A DNA stretch of 64,000 bases from Hyaloraphidium curvatum SAG 235-1 (Eukaryota; Fungi; Monoblepharomycota): the NCBI GenBank assembly GCA_025558095.1, contig JAIVFI010000042.1, positions 310,001 to 374,000 of the forward strand, read 5' to 3'. Below the pieces are notes generated by a model. The model ran no database searches. It worked only from the letters and a program-made list of their open reading frames with translations, and was not told where the DNA came from. The position numbers and the translations under genes are program-made. Below, one piece after another: positions 22,639 through 39,430 of the stretch. Every line of letters starts with the position of its first letter. Positions within the stretch are counted from its first letter, which is position 1.

Positions 22639-23322
22639 GAGTACCAGGGGAAGACGCGGGAGCTGGAGAAGGAGCGGAAGAAGTTGGAGAAGAGGATGCG
22701 CTTTCTCATGGCCCAAGGAGACTGTGGAGAATCTTGTGAAGGGCAAGTTCAGGGAGATCAATGCCCAGAGGCTCAAGGACAACGACAAACTGCACTTTTG
22801 GAGGATGTGTGACATGACCTTTGGCCACATTGCACCGTCACTGATCCGGGTAGAGAAGCACCGGAGGGATGTCCAAAAAGTGCTGTGCTCTACCCACGAT
22901 CTGGAGGTGGAGACAGGCAGGCACCAAGGACTTGAGGTGCAGCAGAGGATGTGCAAACATGACCCTGAGCACATTGGAGACGAACAACACTTTCTGTTTC
23001 ACTGTTCAGCAAATGCGGAGCGGCGCCAGAAGCTGCAGACTAGATTGGAAGCACTAGGCCGCGAGTGGAACATGGAGACCTGGCTCTGGGCTCTTAGCAT
23101 CAAGGAGTTCGAGCCCACGATCAAAGCGAGGCGGCAGAAGGAGAAGGCCCTCAACTCCATTGCCAGCTTCATCTCAAAGTCCATGAAGGACAGGAAAACT
23201 GGGAAAATGAAAAAGACACACGACGACGATGAACTTTGCAACTAGCAGCAAACTCATGGTGTAACAGCGGCCAAGCCAGGGGCAGGTCCGGGTCACCAAT
23301 ACTATTCTATTCTATTCTATTC
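22639..23322 (+). mobile_element. LINE family A short copy with an internal jump/deletion and (TTCTA)n tail
   Basis: 22639-22700 matches about 9150-9210, then jumps to the equivalent of about 10957; intact 3' UTR and tail. Confidence 0.92.
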
Positions 23323-23553
23323 CGACTTGGTGCCATCCTCATCCTGGAGCCTTCCCCGCACCCGCCCAAAAGCCATCTCGAACATATCAACAACCTGTTT
23401 GGGTACACCCACCTCCTCCAGTTTCCTCCACAACCTCGGGTGCTCCACCGTGTCAAAAGCCTTTGTGAAATCTACAAACACCATGATCAGCTCTCCTTGT
23501 GTGCCTTGGCCAAGGAGAAGAGCGCCTCAGCAAGGAATACTGCATGAAGGGTG
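23323..23553 (-). mobile_element. Old LINE family A RT relic (continues at 25112-25180)
   Basis: Diverged reverse complement of about 9820-10051 (VFVDFTKAFDTVEHP). Confidence 0.88.
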
Positions 23554-25113
23554 AATAGAATAGTATTGGTGACCCGGACCTGCCACTGGCTTCTTCATCA
23601 AGTTCCTAACTGGAGTGAAGCAGGGGGACCCACTCTCATCGCTGTTCTTCATCTTGTTCATCAACGACATCACTGCTTTCATGATGGAGGCCAATGGTGC
23701 AAAAGGGATGGATCTGGGCATGGTGTTTGAGGAGGAGGAGGAGGATCATCAGGAGAGGATGGTCAGCTTGCTGGCTTTGTTCTTTGCAGACGACGCCACT
23801 TTGATCTCAGAAGACGCTGATGGATGCCAAGATGCAGCTGGGTCTTTTGTCTGCATATGCCAGTGCCAATGGGCTGGAGATCAACGTCAGCAAAACAGAA
23901 TGGATGGCCAGGAGAATACCTCACCGTGTGAAGCTCCTGTACAGGGGGCCAGGAGCTGAAGAGGGTCGACAGCTTCAAGCTTCTGGGGTACCAGCTCACG
24001 TCAACGGGCGGAGCAAGGACCATGTGCATGGCAGGGAGGCCCAGATGAACGCTGCTTATGGGCTCTGGCTCCGCGACATCAGGGAGCAGCCTGGGATGAG
24101 TCCTGACCTCCAGCTCAAGCTCTACAACACAAAGGTCAAGGCAGTGGGCCAATATGGGAACCCGTTCATTGTTGAGATGCCGAAGGAGGAGTACCTTGCC
24201 GGGGAAAGCACCAGGGACAAAGTGACATGCATGGCTCTTCGTGCCGTCACTCATCTGCCCAAGTCTACCTCCCTGGCCTGTCTGTATGCGATCACTGGCC
24301 AGTACCCCCTTGCAGTTCATGACCACGAGTCGGCACTCAAGTTCCTCATGCGCATCAAAACAGCGGATCCTGCGCTGTACCTACTTTACAAAGAGCTCAA
24401 GATCGAGGCACTGAAGGGGTCCTGGAACTGGGCTGCCTTCCTGAGGGAACTACTTGTATACTATGGTGGCGAAGATGGGAAGGAGATGTGGGAGAAGGAC
24501 ACTTTTTCATGGGCCAAGGAGACTGTGGAGAATCTTGTGAAGGGCAAGTTCAGGGAGATCAATGCCCAGAAGCTCAAGGACAACGACAAGCTGCACTTCT
24601 GGAGGATGTGTGACATGACCTTTGGCCACATTGCACCGTCACTGATCCGGGTAGAGAAGCACCGGAGGGATGTCCAAAAAGTGCTGTGCTCTACCCACGA
24701 TCTGGAGGTGGAGACAGGCAGGCACCAAGGACTTGAGGTGCAGCAGAGGATGTGCAAACATGACCCTGAGCACATTGGAGACGAACAACACTTTCTGTTT
24801 CACTGTTCAGCAAATGCGGAGCGGCGCCAGAAGCTGCAGACTAGATTGGAAGCACTAGGCCGCGAGTGGAACATGGAGACCTGGCTCTGGGCTCTTAGCA
24901 TCAAGGAGTTCGAGCCCACGATCAAAGCGAGGCGGCAGAAGGAGAAGGCCCTCAACTCCATTGCCAGCTTCATCTCAAAGTCCATGAAGGACAGGAAAAC
25001 TGGGAAAATGAAAAAGACACACGACGACGATGAACTTTGCAACTAGCAGCAAACTCATGGTGTAACAGCGGCCAAGCCAGGGGCAGGTCCGGGTCACCAA
25101 TACTATTCTATTC
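23553..25113 (+). mobile_element. LINE family A 5'-truncated copy (23593-25113) preceded by a 40-bp inverted 3'-tail piece
   Basis: GVKQGDPLS, FADD through to the 3' tail; frameshifts in the 5' part; gaatagaatagtattggtgacccggacctgcc at 23553. Confidence 0.92.
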
Positions 25114-25180
25114 TCCGTGCGCGGAATCCAAACTGAGAGCCTTCCAGCAGCTTGTTGCATGCACTAGGCCCAGGGAGCTA
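25112..25180 (-). mobile_element. Old LINE family A relic, continuation of 23323-23553
   Basis: tctccgtgcgcggaatccaaactgagagccttccagcagcttgttgca matches about 13078-13125. Confidence 0.85.
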
Positions 25181-25266
25181 GAAATTGCCTGGCACACCAA
25201 AGTCTACTCCACAATGCAAACCAATTGCTGACAGATGACACAGGCGGAATGGAACTCTCAATTGGT

Positions 25267-27417
25267 TTATTTCTTTGTGTCACATTTGGGCAGAGGCAAT
25301 GTGCTTTCATTGGCCCAAGATTCCGTGCCCTCGGTCCACTTCATCGCCGAGACAAGAGCTTGGAGTAGCTCCCGAACGTTTCTCTTCATCACAGAGGGAA
25401 AGTAGCCGTGCCCCATATGCTTTGCTAGGATCTCGTAGTGAGGATTGGCTGGTTTAACCCATTCCACCATTGCTGATCCCGGTGAAAGGAAAACAGCGTG
25501 AGTAAGAGCAGCACCATGGACCCCAACAATGATGTCGGCATGTCCAACCCGCTCAACCTGATCCAAAAGAGTTGCATCGCTGGGCTCCAAGTACTCAACA
25601 TCCCAAAAGTGATCAATGGATCGCCGGCACTTCTCTAGCTGATCATCGGGAGGGTGCAGATTTATGCACTGCTGCAAGTTGCGAAAGAGCGCCAGATCCA
25701 GTATGCCCCTGACGATACAGTTTTCCATTTCGGCGGATAGCATCCTAACTGCTTGCCAGGAAGTGAGATTGGGCATCGTGGCTTCGTGCACCCTCCGCGA
25801 AAGCCACAAGATGACATGGCGCCGTCGCTGAAACTGGATTCCAGAGGCTTTGGAGACACCTTTCTCCCGGTCCATGTACCAGTGGTCGTCCACCAGGGGG
25901 AGCGCCTCGTCTTTTGCGCAAAACAGGCTCATGTCAGGTATGGTGGAGCCGTGGATGGACGAGGGAACGTCCCAACCGGGATCCCACTCGACGTGCGTCC
26001 TTTCCCGGAACAAGTCACGCTGCCACCGACTGAACGCCTCCAGAATCGTGGACCGGCATCCGGCTCCAGCTGTCCGCCAGGGAATCGGATGAAGCTCCAG
26101 CGTGAACAGGCTCCTGAGTGCGTGGAGTCCCCATATCGTCCCACCGACGAAGCAGGTTCCGGGAGGATACGGTTCCTTATGGAGGAACCGGATTCCGTGT
26201 GGCTGCGACACACGCTGCCAAAACTCCAGGAATGGCCCGTCCTCCTGCGGATCCACAAAGACAATCCTCACGGAATGGAGAGACATGGCTTGCAGGAGTT
26301 CTGGCGGCAGCAGGGCGAGAGTGACGAAAGCATGCGAGTGATCTTCGCTTCCATGGTATATGTTGCGGGGATCGAGTCTTTCCAGAAACCAAACCGGCTC
26401 CTTCACAACGTGTCGACACGAAGGCTCTTCGGCGGGAATAGTGTCGAAATCGGATGGAATCGTAGCCACTGAGCCAGCTCCGCCGTCCCTCTGGGTTGAT
26501 GCCGAGTGACTCAGCTCGTCAGGGGCATACAACGAAAGCGCAAACTTCCGCGCACACCCAGCGACCAAATTGAACCTTTGCTTCGCGACGGGATTCAAGC
26601 TGCAGCTAGGAACCCGTATGGTGCCTCCGGGAAAAGCTCCCGATTTGGCAGGGTCTTCCCAGCCCATGGCACATCCGTCGCCTTCCTTGTCGCGGCGGAG
26701 ATAACACTGGGTGATGGGATAAGAGCCCCTGGGCAGCAGAACAGTCGTTCCGGGCGTCGAGAAGCACAAGGCCCAGTGGTGCCTGGGATCCAGGTCGCTC
26801 CTGAGGAAGCAGCGCACGCTCGGAGTCTTCACGATCCTGCGATCTGCAGAGCCGTCACGCAGTCTAAAGTAGCTGTCGTCCATCCCCTGCCAATGCTCTT
26901 TCCGAAAGAGCGGTTCGGTCAAGTTCCACTCGATCCCGTCGCCGCCATCGCAGAGGTCGAATGAGCGTTCGCGAAATGCGTTGAGGTAGGCATGTCCGGC
27001 CCACGCACTACACTGCTCAAACGAAGGGACCCGTTCTTTCAGATAATCTTTAAACCGGAACGCGTACGGCCGTCCGGTGGCGTTCCGCCTTTCGAGCTCC
27101 AGCTCCGTGAGAGCGTTGACGTACCGAATGGCGTTCAGGTGCAAAGGCAGGGCAATGCCGAACTCCGATTGGCATGAGCCTTTTGAGCAGGCATCCCTTT
27201 CCTGCGTGTCCGGGCCATCCTCGGCAGGGCGTAGCTGCGTGTACGGTCTGTCCTCGCTAGCCCTAAGCCGGCGTACGGTGACCAGCAGAAGAGTGGCCCC
27301 GACCACGATGAGGGCGACCGGACTGACAAGATAGCATTCGAGTCTGATGTGTTTGGATCTCGTGAGAGGGGAGCACAGCGCGTGAGACGTGCGAACGCAT
27401 CGCCTCCAGATGCGCAT
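25267..27417 (-). CDS. Glycosyltransferase family 61 paralogue, intronless
   Basis: 716 aa; collinear with 5137-7743 (ALTELELERRN, CSAWAG, GSYPITQCYL, ERLDPRNIYHGSEDH, ADIIVGVHGAALTH). Confidence 0.82.
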   Translation of the reverse strand: MRIWRRCVRTSHALCSPLTRSKHIRLECYLVSPVALIVVGATLLLVTVRRLRASEDRPYTQLRPAEDGPDTQERDACSKGSCQSEFGIALPLHLNAIRYVNALTELELERRNATGRPYAFRFKDYLKERVPSFEQCSAWAGHAYLNAFRERSFDLCDGGDGIEWNLTEPLFRKEHWQGMDDSYFRLRDGSADRRIVKTPSVRCFLRSDLDPRHHWALCFSTPGTTVLLPRGSYPITQCYLRRDKEGDGCAMGWEDPAKSGAFPGGTIRVPSCSLNPVAKQRFNLVAGCARKFALSLYAPDELSHSASTQRDGGAGSVATIPSDFDTIPAEEPSCRHVVKEPVWFLERLDPRNIYHGSEDHSHAFVTLALLPPELLQAMSLHSVRIVFVDPQEDGPFLEFWQRVSQPHGIRFLHKEPYPPGTCFVGGTIWGLHALRSLFTLELHPIPWRTAGAGCRSTILEAFSRWQRDLFRERTHVEWDPGWDVPSSIHGSTIPDMSLFCAKDEALPLVDDHWYMDREKGVSKASGIQFQRRRHVILWLSRRVHEATMPNLTSWQAVRMLSAEMENCIVRGILDLALFRNLQQCINLHPPDDQLEKCRRSIDHFWDVEYLEPSDATLLDQVERVGHADIIVGVHGAALTHAVFLSPGSAMVEWVKPANPHYEILAKHMGHGYFPSVMKRNVRELLQALVSAMKWTEGTESWANESTLPLPKCDTKK

Positions 27418-27513
27418 CGGACAGTGCAGTCCCCGCCAATTGTGGCGGTGCAGGGCCGGTGGACGTCACCCCCTCCCCGCCAAAATGTGCAGTTAAGGCT
27501 GCATTGCATTGAT

Positions 27514-30500
27514 CTATCTAGCGAGTTGCCCGGCAGCGATCGACAGAGAGTTCACCACAGACGTAGAAGGATGGCCGGCTGCGTACAAGGCTCGGCACTG
27601 CCCCTGCAAGTTCTGCGAGACCGCGCTCATCAATCTCATGACGTGCGCTGCGATGCTCGGATCCGACGGCTCGAGCGCCTAAAGAAGCCGCAAATTCAGG
27701 CCCGGTCCGCGGTCCAGGCAGATGCTACTCACAGCCATGGCCCCCTGTAGGAAAGCCACCTTTAGGTCGGTGTCTTCCAGGAGGTTGGATCGAGACAGGA
27801 ACTGTAGAAGAGACAAAACCACAGGCTGACTGAGCAAGTTAGACGCCAGCGTGCCTTGAGGGACCTTGTGGAGGAGCAAGCCCACGGCTTCCGCATCCTG
27901 CGCAGCCAGTGCAATCGTGAACGCCCCGTCGAGATCCCCGCTACGGAGAGCCAGCTCCACTTTGTCCGCGACAGAGCCGGTGGCCGTCACAGGCGGAGCG
28001 TTCTCCTCTGGTGCCGACGGCCCAGCTTCTTCAGGCAGGCCCTGCGCGGCCGGAGTTGCCGAAAGGAGGTTTGCCAACACGTGAACCTGCGACTGCAGCT
28101 CGCCGGCGGCGGCAGCGGCACTTTTTGCGCTTGATGATATGGCCGAGATGCTTGCTTCCGCCACTGGGAAGGGCACGTTGCAGTCTGCGGGATCGGCAAA
28201 TGGCGGCACCACCTACTTTCAGAAACTCCAGACTTGATGACGGCATTGACCTGGCCCAGAGTCGCCGTCAACACCTTTTGCATGCTCGGAACCAAAGTAT
28301 CCGCGATGGCCGACTTGAGGGTCTTGCTGAAGGTGGACACGACGTTGTCGGACACGGCCTTGATGACCGCGGGATTGGAAGTCGCGGCCTCCACCGCGGC
28401 AATCACGTGGCGGTCAACAGCGGCTGCGATCTTGGGTTCGACGGTATCGCGCAGGACCTGTCCCAAGACGGTTTGGATGGCGGGGATTGCCTTGGACCCC
28501 AATTCCCTGGCAACAATGGCATCCAGCTGACGGGAAACCGTCGTGGTCAAGGTCGCGGCCACGGTCTGTCGATGCACTAGTGAGCCACATTTCGTAACGT
28601 CGTGTGGGGACCGAACCTTCAGGACTTGTTCGTGGCGTTCGATTTCCTCTGCTCTGTACCTGAGGCGTTCCTTCTCCATCAGCGATTCTGGGCATCCATT
28701 TGGTCAAAACGTAGCAAAGAATCAGCCTCGGCGACAAACAACTCACGGTACCGTTCCTGTTCCGCCCGGAGGAAGTGACTGAACTTCCGAACAAGATTCT
28801 CTTCCAGGCGATGCAGATCGCCCCCGACCGCATCAGAACGCGGCTGCGAGGATGTTGGCGTCGGCGAGGCAATGGGTCGGCCTTCGAGACCAGGCGATGG
28901 CGCGGATCGCGCAAGCGCGTCTTCCAGCAAGCCTACCACCGCCGGCGACACCTGAAGGACTTCGCCAGCCAGTTCCGTCTTGGTGCCGTGCTCCACTTCC
29001 TGCGGGCTTTCGTGCTCAGCCTCGATGATTGCTTCGGCTACCTCGGTCGTCATAATCGCGTCTGTGCTGATGATCGTCTCATCCACTTCGTCGCCTTCCA
29101 TGGTTTCAAGCTTGGGCTCCGTTTGAGCAGTCCGCACGGGGGAAGGAGACGGTCGTGCGCGACTCCGCGACCGCGACCTGGACCGTCGACGTCGTGTCCT
29201 CCGCTCCTCGGTGTGCGGATACAGCGGCGCGTGCTGCCTTTGTGCCTCGCCGAACACCTCGCTCTCCCCCCATCCAGGGAAGGTGAGCTGGGAGATGCAT
29301 CTGAGCGCGGGATCAGCTCATCGCAGAGATAGCGGAGTGGAAGTCGCCTTACTTGGTCTGAGCGGCCAGCACTCCCACAGCGCTCTCATCGTCCGCTTTG
29401 TCGGTGATGACCATGCTCACGATCGGATTCGGCAGGCAGTACTCCTTTGCGAAATTCCAGCGACCGTCGTCGGATAGCTTCAAGGCAAAGACAGAAGAAC
29501 GGAGGGAGTTCCCGACCAGAAGGCTCGACGATCTAGCATCAAAGGTGGCGACGTTGAAGAAACTTTCGGGGTCGTCCGGGTCCCTGAAGGTGAATCGGTG
29601 GAGCTCCTCCATGCGACTCCCATTGACCGAGAACGAAGCAAAACCGCGGTTCATATCCCAAGCAATTAAAATGACTGCCTCCTCGTTTGCGGCGCGGGAA
29701 GCGAACTCGACGTACGATCCAGAAAACTCGTCGGGCACTGCGTCCACCTCGGCAACAAGAGAAAGATCCGACGCCGCCAGAAGGCGTAGCGTACCCGTGG
29801 AGGAAAGAGTTGCGAGACGGGTTGAGTCGTGCGAAAACGCCAGATCGACTACGTCCTGAAACGACAAGAGGTGAGATGAGGGACGATGAAGAGGCGACAG
29901 GCACGGCTCACCGATTCGTACACGGCAAGCTTGCCGGGAATATCTTCCTCGTCCTCCTCCGAGAAGACTCTGCGACCATCCATGGCGCTGGGCGCATGCC
30001 TGTCCAAATCGCTTCGTCTCCATAGCCACACTTCCCCTTTGCTACCAGCAACAGCAAGAAGCTCCCCCTGCCTGTCCCATGTGGCCCTTACGAAACGACC
30101 GTCGCCCTTTCCAACGATCTCGTAGGCGACTTTGTGCGGGATGGAAACATCACCAGAAGGGCGAGCGGCGGCTTCCGCGAGGGTGGAGGCATCCGCAAGA
30201 GGGGGAAAGTCCCAGATCAGCACCCGCGAGTCGCCGACGGCTGCCAGGGTGTTTGCCGTGGGGCACAGGGCAAGGTCGAGCACCGACGACCCCAATCCGT
30301 TGAGGATCTCCCGTGCTCCGCTTTCGACGTCTATGACGCGAACCTTGCCCCCCCGCACAGCGTAGGCGATGTAGCCGGCGTTGCCCGAAATGCTGCGCCC
30401 GGTTCTGAAGTCCAAGTCGTTCGACATGAGGGCGACCTTCTCCTCCCCCAGGTCAACGGAGCTTATGCCCTGAGCGTTCGGCTCCCTGAGGTCGAAAACA

Positions 30501-31564
30501 ATGTCGGCATCAGGAGCGAGCCGGTATCCCTCGGTGACGCCATCTCCGGATGGACTCGGCCGCCGGTGGTCGGCCGCCTTTGCAGAAGTTGCCACGGCAG
30601 TTCGAAACTTGGTCGCGGCGCTTCCAAGACCGCCGGTCGGTGTCGGCGTCCGCGGGCTCGAGGGAAAGGATGGCGAGTGACGATGCTCGCCGATCACTGC
30701 CGCCGCAAGGCTCGGCGACTGCCCCAATCGAGCTTCCGCATCAGGAGTCAAGGAAATACGAGGCACCTCCGACTCGGCCCGTGAGATCGGAAGCTGACTA
30801 CCAGAATGAGAGGAGGAAACGCCGAGCGGGGTCTCCGGGCTGTTCTGCTCGCCGCGGTCGCTTGCCGGCTCTTCTCCCGTCGCGGTTCCCGTGGCAGGGG
30901 CGGCAGCCGGGCTGGGCGCCCGATCAGCAGCGACAACCTCCTCCCCCTCGTAGTTCAGCTGATCTCCATGTAGCTCTCCACCCTCCACTGCCTCTTGCAC
31001 CGCATCGTCAACCTCGCGTTCCGAGTCGTCCCTTCTTTGCCCGGCTTGTTGCTCGCTCTGCTCGCTCATCTGGGCTTCGAGGAAGGGGTCCACGTAGGTA
31101 AAGAGCGAAGTTGTCACATTCCGCGCGCCGACGTCGGGGGCCGGTCTTGTGGGCACAGGATCGATGGCAGGGCCTTTGCCATCGGGCGCCTGGTTCGACG
31201 CAACTTCAACCACCTCGGGCCGCGCTTGAGCCTCGGCAGCGTGTCCTGGCCCTGAAGAGGCGCCTCCCGGTCCTCCCGACAGGAGCGCGAGCAACGCGTC
31301 ACCCTGCTGCGAACCGCTTCTCCGGGGCGCCACCATCGGCGCAGCCGCGGGGCCGAGAACGGCCGACAGCAGATCCGCGACCCCTGCGGAGCCGCTCCTG
31401 CCGAAACTTGGCATCGGTGCTGGGGAGGTAGCACTCCGGGGGGACGCGGACGCTCCGGAAAGGAGGGCCTGCAGATCGTTTCCCGGGGCGGGCGAAGGAA
31501 CGCCGGTCCCCGATGTGAGCAGAGCCATGAGCGCCGCGCTGTCCGCCCTCCGCGAATCCTGCAT
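27514..31564 (-). CDS. EDC4: Enhancer of mRNA decapping 4 (Ge-1/Pdc1), multi-exon
   Basis: WD40 region (YIAYAVRGGKVRVID), Ser-rich linker, helical region, C-terminal AFTIAL...LSQPVVLSLLQ signature. Confidence 0.8.
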
Positions 31565-31719
31565 GGTGGCAGCCGCGGAACGGGCGCCGCGACGAGATGA
31601 TCAAAGTTGATCGCAAAGGAATTCGCGCGCGCTAGAACCTCATCGCCTCGGCTTCGGGCCGAAGTGCTTCCGGTGCCGCCCATCGGCGACTTCCGGTGCC
31701 GCCCATCGCCTTCGCCGCC

Positions 31720-37297
<5,578 letters not shown>

Positions 37298-37391
37298 ATC
37301 TCTTGAAGTGTGAAATGTAGGACGAATCTTTGTCTGAAAAAGTCGACATGAAATACTCGATTGACCGCTGGGCTCCATCGACGACACGATG

Positions 37392-38737
37392 TCATTCCGC
37401 CGAGTCCTCCGAGCTTCCGCCTCGGCTTCCACCGAACCGAGCCAGCCGCTTGCGCCTCAGCTCCTCGGGCGAGTCCGGGTCGGCGAGTTTCCTCTTGTCG
37501 TCCTCCAGCGACGCCTGCATGGCCCTCCGGATTTCTTCTTCCTCGTCGATCCTCGCCCTGGCTCCCTTTTGTGCGCCCTGCTCCCGCATGGATTCCTCCA
37601 CGGCCGCCTGCAACGCGGCGCTCTCGTCATCCTCCGCCAGCTCCTCGTCCTCTTCCTCCCCGTCCTCTTCAAAGTCCCCGTCCGCAAAGTCGTCTTCCTG
37701 CAAGTAGGAATCGATCCTCGTTCTCGGCTGCGGCGGCGCCGGCGGCCGCGCCGATGGTTCCGGCTGGGCCACGCTGCCCGCCGCCGCCGTGTCCCTGAGC
37801 GACGCCTCGATCGCCGCGCGCAGCATCTCGTCCTCGTCCATTTCCGTCCCGGCCGGCACGGCCTCGGAGGGCGGCAGGCCGGGCACCGCGATCCCGCCGA
37901 GGAGGCTGGCGGCCTGCCTGGCCAGGTCGGCTTCCCGTGAGCCGCCGCCGGAGCCTCCGAGGGTGTACCCCGCCCCGCCGAACGGCGCCCTGGCCGGCGG
38001 CGCCACCGGCGGAGCTGAGGAGTAGGCCGCCGCCGGGGGCTCGGGCAGCATTCCCGCGCGGAGGTCCGCCTCGCACTGCGGGAAGCTGCCGCGGACGACA
38101 AAGATGGTGTAGCCGTCCTGCTTGAGCTGCGCGATGAGCATGCCCAGGTAGGTGTCGCTGATGACCTTGGGCTGCTCCATGAGTGAATTGCAGTCGTACC
38201 ACCGCTTGGGCGGGACGAGGCCGAAGCGCCGGAGGGTGAACCAGTGTTCTCTGGAAAGGCGGCGGGGCGTGAGGAAGGGAGCCGGCAGAGTAATCGCGGC
38301 GCAAGGACCTGAGATTGCAGATGTAGGCCGTCTCGTTGACGGGATCCTCGCGCGCGGACGCGGCGTCCGGCGAGTCCCACGGCATCAGATGCAGGCCCCA
38401 GACGTCGAGCGCCGCCTCGATCACCTGGAAGGCCGCCCGCAGCACGCGTCAGACGCGTGCCGAGCGCGGCGCAAAGCCCAAAGCACAGCGCAAGGCCCAC
38501 CTGCGAGCTGAAGAAACCGCTATCGTCGTAGTTTTCGTTCTTCCATTTTGCAAGGTCCTCGTCTGTCGCGCCCGATTCTGCCAGCGTCTGGCGCTCCTTG
38601 GAGTCTATTGCCCGCGCCAAATCCGCCAAATCCACTGCCGTGAACAAATCGGCTTGCAGAAGGGCGTTTAGGGCATGCTGGGCACACAGACTCCCGACCT
38701 GCTTCTCGAAGTGGATGTAGGGGACCAGCGGGTCCAT
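37392..38737 (-). CDS. ATXN3: Ataxin-3 (Josephin deubiquitinase with UIMs), multi-exon
   Basis: HFEKQVGSLCAQHALNALLQ, NYDDSGFFSSQV, EHWFTLRRF; UIM-like LRAAIEASL, LQAAVEESM, IRRAMQASL; VCP-binding-like EELRRKRLARF. Confidence 0.93.
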
Positions 38738-38873
38738 TTCGGCGCCTCGTCCAAAGGACGATGCAGATGCGCGCCCCTCGATCGACGACAATGAATGCGT
38801 GATCCTCGAGCGAGGAGAAGAATGCTTCGAGCGAGCTCGAGACCTGCGCCGTTGCCTACTATAGGAACCCTTA

Positions 38874-39391
38874 GGGGGGTGGAAGCTCGCAAAACATCAA
38901 CCCGCTCCCGGCGCTCACCAACGCGCAAAACGAACCGGTGGCGATACGACTTGCCCGCCAATACGGAACCCTGGAGGGGACCCAAGGAGGTTGCTGCTAG
39001 AGAGCTGTACGATTGGGTCGCTCAAAATCGGGGCCAATGAGATGAATTTGCCCGAGTATGATCCGATCGCGGCGAGTTTTCGGGTCGAGTCCGGCGAGAT
39101 ATCTTGTCCCGGACTAGCGCTCGTCCGGGCCGGACTGGGGACTGGCAGCTCCCAGTTTCGGCGGACTGAGGACTGAAGCTTTTTCAAAACGTGCAAGACT
39201 GAGGACTGGCGAGTCACGCAAGGGTCCTCGGCCGGGACCTCCATCCCTTAACGTGATCGGGCTAAAATTACCCCACCATCGTGGGTAGCTGTGTAATATT
39301 TATCGTCTGGCTAGTTTTCTGGGCCTCTTGGCGCGAATTGCGCGTGTGGTGAGCGCCGGGAGCGGGTTGATGTTTTGCGAGTGCCCACCCC
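38874..39391. mobile_element. MITE-like element with ~50-bp imperfect terminal inverted repeats
   Basis: ctcgcaaaacatcaacccgctcccggcgctcacca at about 38886-38920 is the exact reverse complement of about 39347-39381; the match extends to GGGGTGG / CCACCCC ends; no coding capacity recognised. Confidence 0.65.
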
Positions 39392-39430
39392 TTGCCTTTG
39401 GCACCTCCCACCACCGCTTCCGCCGTCCCC

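Noticed and set aside
37392-38737. Polyglutamine tract in ataxin-3
   Set aside because: None present; the region is acidic and Ala-rich.
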